From assembly GCA_964433385.1 (NCBI GenBank), contig CAYSRK010000298.1, forward strand, positions 1 through 24,267: a stretch of DNA of 24,267 nt, written 5' to 3'. Source of the DNA: an uncultured Spirochaetales bacterium (GTDB lineage Bacteria; Spirochaetota; Spirochaetia; JABMQR01). Positions 23,083 through 24,267 of the stretch are shown here, piece by piece; the first letter of the stretch is position 1, and every line of letters begins with the position of its first letter. The notes beneath the pieces are model-generated. The model worked only from the letters and a program-made list of their open reading frames with translations. It had not been told where the DNA came from and did no database searches. Made by a program: the position numbers and the translations under genes.

Positions 23083-24267
23083 ATGAAACTCCATCCTGTA
23101 AAGGAGGCTGTCGTCGTTGAAAACGACGAGCCTCCACCTTCAGCAGAACCTCCCTCAGCTATTTCCTCCATCTCAGATGACATGCTTCGGGAGGTCTCGA
23201 TCCGCCTGTTCAGGAAACGGTTCTTTCCTGATATCACCCGTAAAACGTGGAACGACTGGAAATGGCAGTACGCCTCACGGATCAGGACGCTCTCCGGGCT
23301 GTCCAGGATACTCTCCCTCTCTCCGGAGGAGAGCTCAGTCCTGCGCGCTCAGGGAGAGAGGAATCCGGAGCAGCTTCATCTGCCCTTTTCCGTTACCCCC
23401 TACTACCTGAGTCTCATAGACCCCGAAGACTCGGCGGACCCGATCCGCAGGACGGTCATCCCGACGCTGCATGAGCTGAGGGTCAGCGAAGGCGAGTTCA
23501 GCGACCCGCTTGATGAGCACAGCGATTCACCCGTTCCCTCCATCGTTCACCGCTACCCGGACAGGGTACTCTTTCTGGTAACCAGCAGCTGTGCCGCCTA
23601 CTGCCGCTACTGTACCCGCTCGCGGTTCGCCGGGGGCCATACCACGATGATGCGCCGCCACTGGGATACCGGAATCGAGTACATCAGGAACCATACCCAG
23701 GTCCGGGACGTGATCGTCTCAGGCGGGGACCCCCTTACCCTGAGCGATGAGGAGCTGGCATACCTGCTTGACAGCCTTTACCGGATACCCCATGTGGAGA
23801 TGGTGCGGCTCGGTACCAAGGTGCCGATGGTGATGCCCCAGAGGATTACCGGCGACCTGGTAAAAATGCTCAGACGATACAAGCCGCTGTATATGAGCAT
23901 CCACGCAACCCACCCGCGAGAAATAACTGCCGCGGTTTCAGCTGCCTGCAGCCGTCTGGCTGACAGCGGCGTGGTGCTCGGCAGCCAGACGGTTCTGCTC
24001 AAAGGGGTAAACGACTCATCGGATACTCTCAAGCGGCTGTTTCACCGTCTGCTGAAGATCCGGGTCAGGCCCTACTACCTCTATCAGTGTGATCCAGTAG
24101 TCGGAACAGCACAGTTCCGGACAACGATTGATGAGGGTAAGGAGATCATGCGGCAGCTGCGGGGGTTCACCAGCGGATACGCGGTTCCCCAGTATATCGT
24201 CGATACCCCGGGCGGGGGGGGGGAAGGGGCCGATCCTCCCCCGTTTCAGCGCCGGCCGGGGCGGGGG
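23083..24267 (+). CDS. kamA: KamA-family radical SAM protein (lysine 2,3-aminomutase-like); 3'-truncated, with an apparent +1 frameshift at 24214-24223; not in the ORF track
   Basis: Hand translation from ATG 23083 (AGGAG RBS): WNDWKWQ, TPYYLSLID, HRYPDRVLFLVTSSCAAYCRYCTRSR (CxxxCxxC), SGGDPL, RLGTKVP, IHATHPRE, QTVLLKGVND, RPYYLYQCD, GFTSGYAVPQYIVDTPGGGG. Confidence 0.92.
   Translation, partial: MKLHPVKEAVVVENDEPPPSAEPPSAISSISDDMLREVSIRLFRKRFFPDITRKTWNDWKWQYASRIRTLSGLSRILSLSPEESSVLRAQGERNPEQLHLPFSVTPYYLSLIDPEDSADPIRRTVIPTLHELRVSEGEFSDPLDEHSDSPVPSIVHRYPDRVLFLVTSSCAAYCRYCTRSRFAGGHTTMMRRHWDTGIEYIRNHTQVRDVIVSGGDPLTLSDEELAYLLDSLYRIPHVEMVRLGTKVPMVMPQRITGDLVKMLRRYKPLYMSIHATHPREITAAVSAACSRLADSGVVLGSQTVLLKGVNDSSDTLKRLFHRLLKIRVRPYYLYQCDPVVGTAQFRTTIDEGKEIMRQLRGFTSGYAVPQYIVDTPGGGGEGADPPPFQRRPGRG
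23103..23135 (+). other. Strong hairpin in the first codons of kamA
   Basis: GGAGGC-TG-TCGTCGTT-GAA-AACGACGA-GCCTCC (6+8 bp with a 2-nt bulge). Confidence 0.65.

Noticed and set aside
23117-23410. 97-aa ORF as the real gene after BMP
   Set aside because: It is out of frame with the clear KamA reading frame from 23083 and has no recognisable domain. It is kept only as a possible regulatory ORF.
1-24267. tRNA, rRNA, CRISPR array, IS element or prophage
   Set aside because: No cloverleaf, spaced direct repeats, transposase, integrase or phage genes were seen, and composition looks uniform by eye.

Overview
GC-rich (roughly 60% by eye) bacterial chromosomal fragment, probably from a free-living spirochaete. 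The taxonomy is an inference from the long spirochaete-type thymidine kinase and the LFAG-type signal peptide on the BMP protein. Four blocks are visible. (1) 1-10423: a putative methylated-amine utilisation locus. It holds a CUT1-type ABC importer (binding protein plus 2 permeases), a LacI regulator, a native amine dehydrogenase/Ord-family enzyme, a corrinoid protein, a pyrrolysine-free MttB methyltransferase, a RACo-type corrinoid reactivase and an MtaA/UroD-family protein fused to a thioredoxin-like CxxC domain. Five copies of a LacI-type operator (TRCAAWCGWTTGYA) lie upstream of the three catabolic transcription units and overlap or flank the two divergent promoters. (2) 10571-15548: a cytoplasmic multi-PAS/GAF hybrid kinase translationally coupled to a stand-alone hemerythrin. 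(3) 15754-22900: a PduO adenosyltransferase and pyrimidine nucleoside salvage genes (deoC, tdk, pdp, BMP lipoprotein), interrupted by a CrtI-like flavoprotein fused to a DPD/GltD-type Fe-S domain. (4) 23083-end: a KamA-family aminomutase absent from the ORF track, cut by the window end and frameshifted in a G10 run just before the PLP lysine. No tRNA, rRNA, CRISPR array or mobile element was seen.
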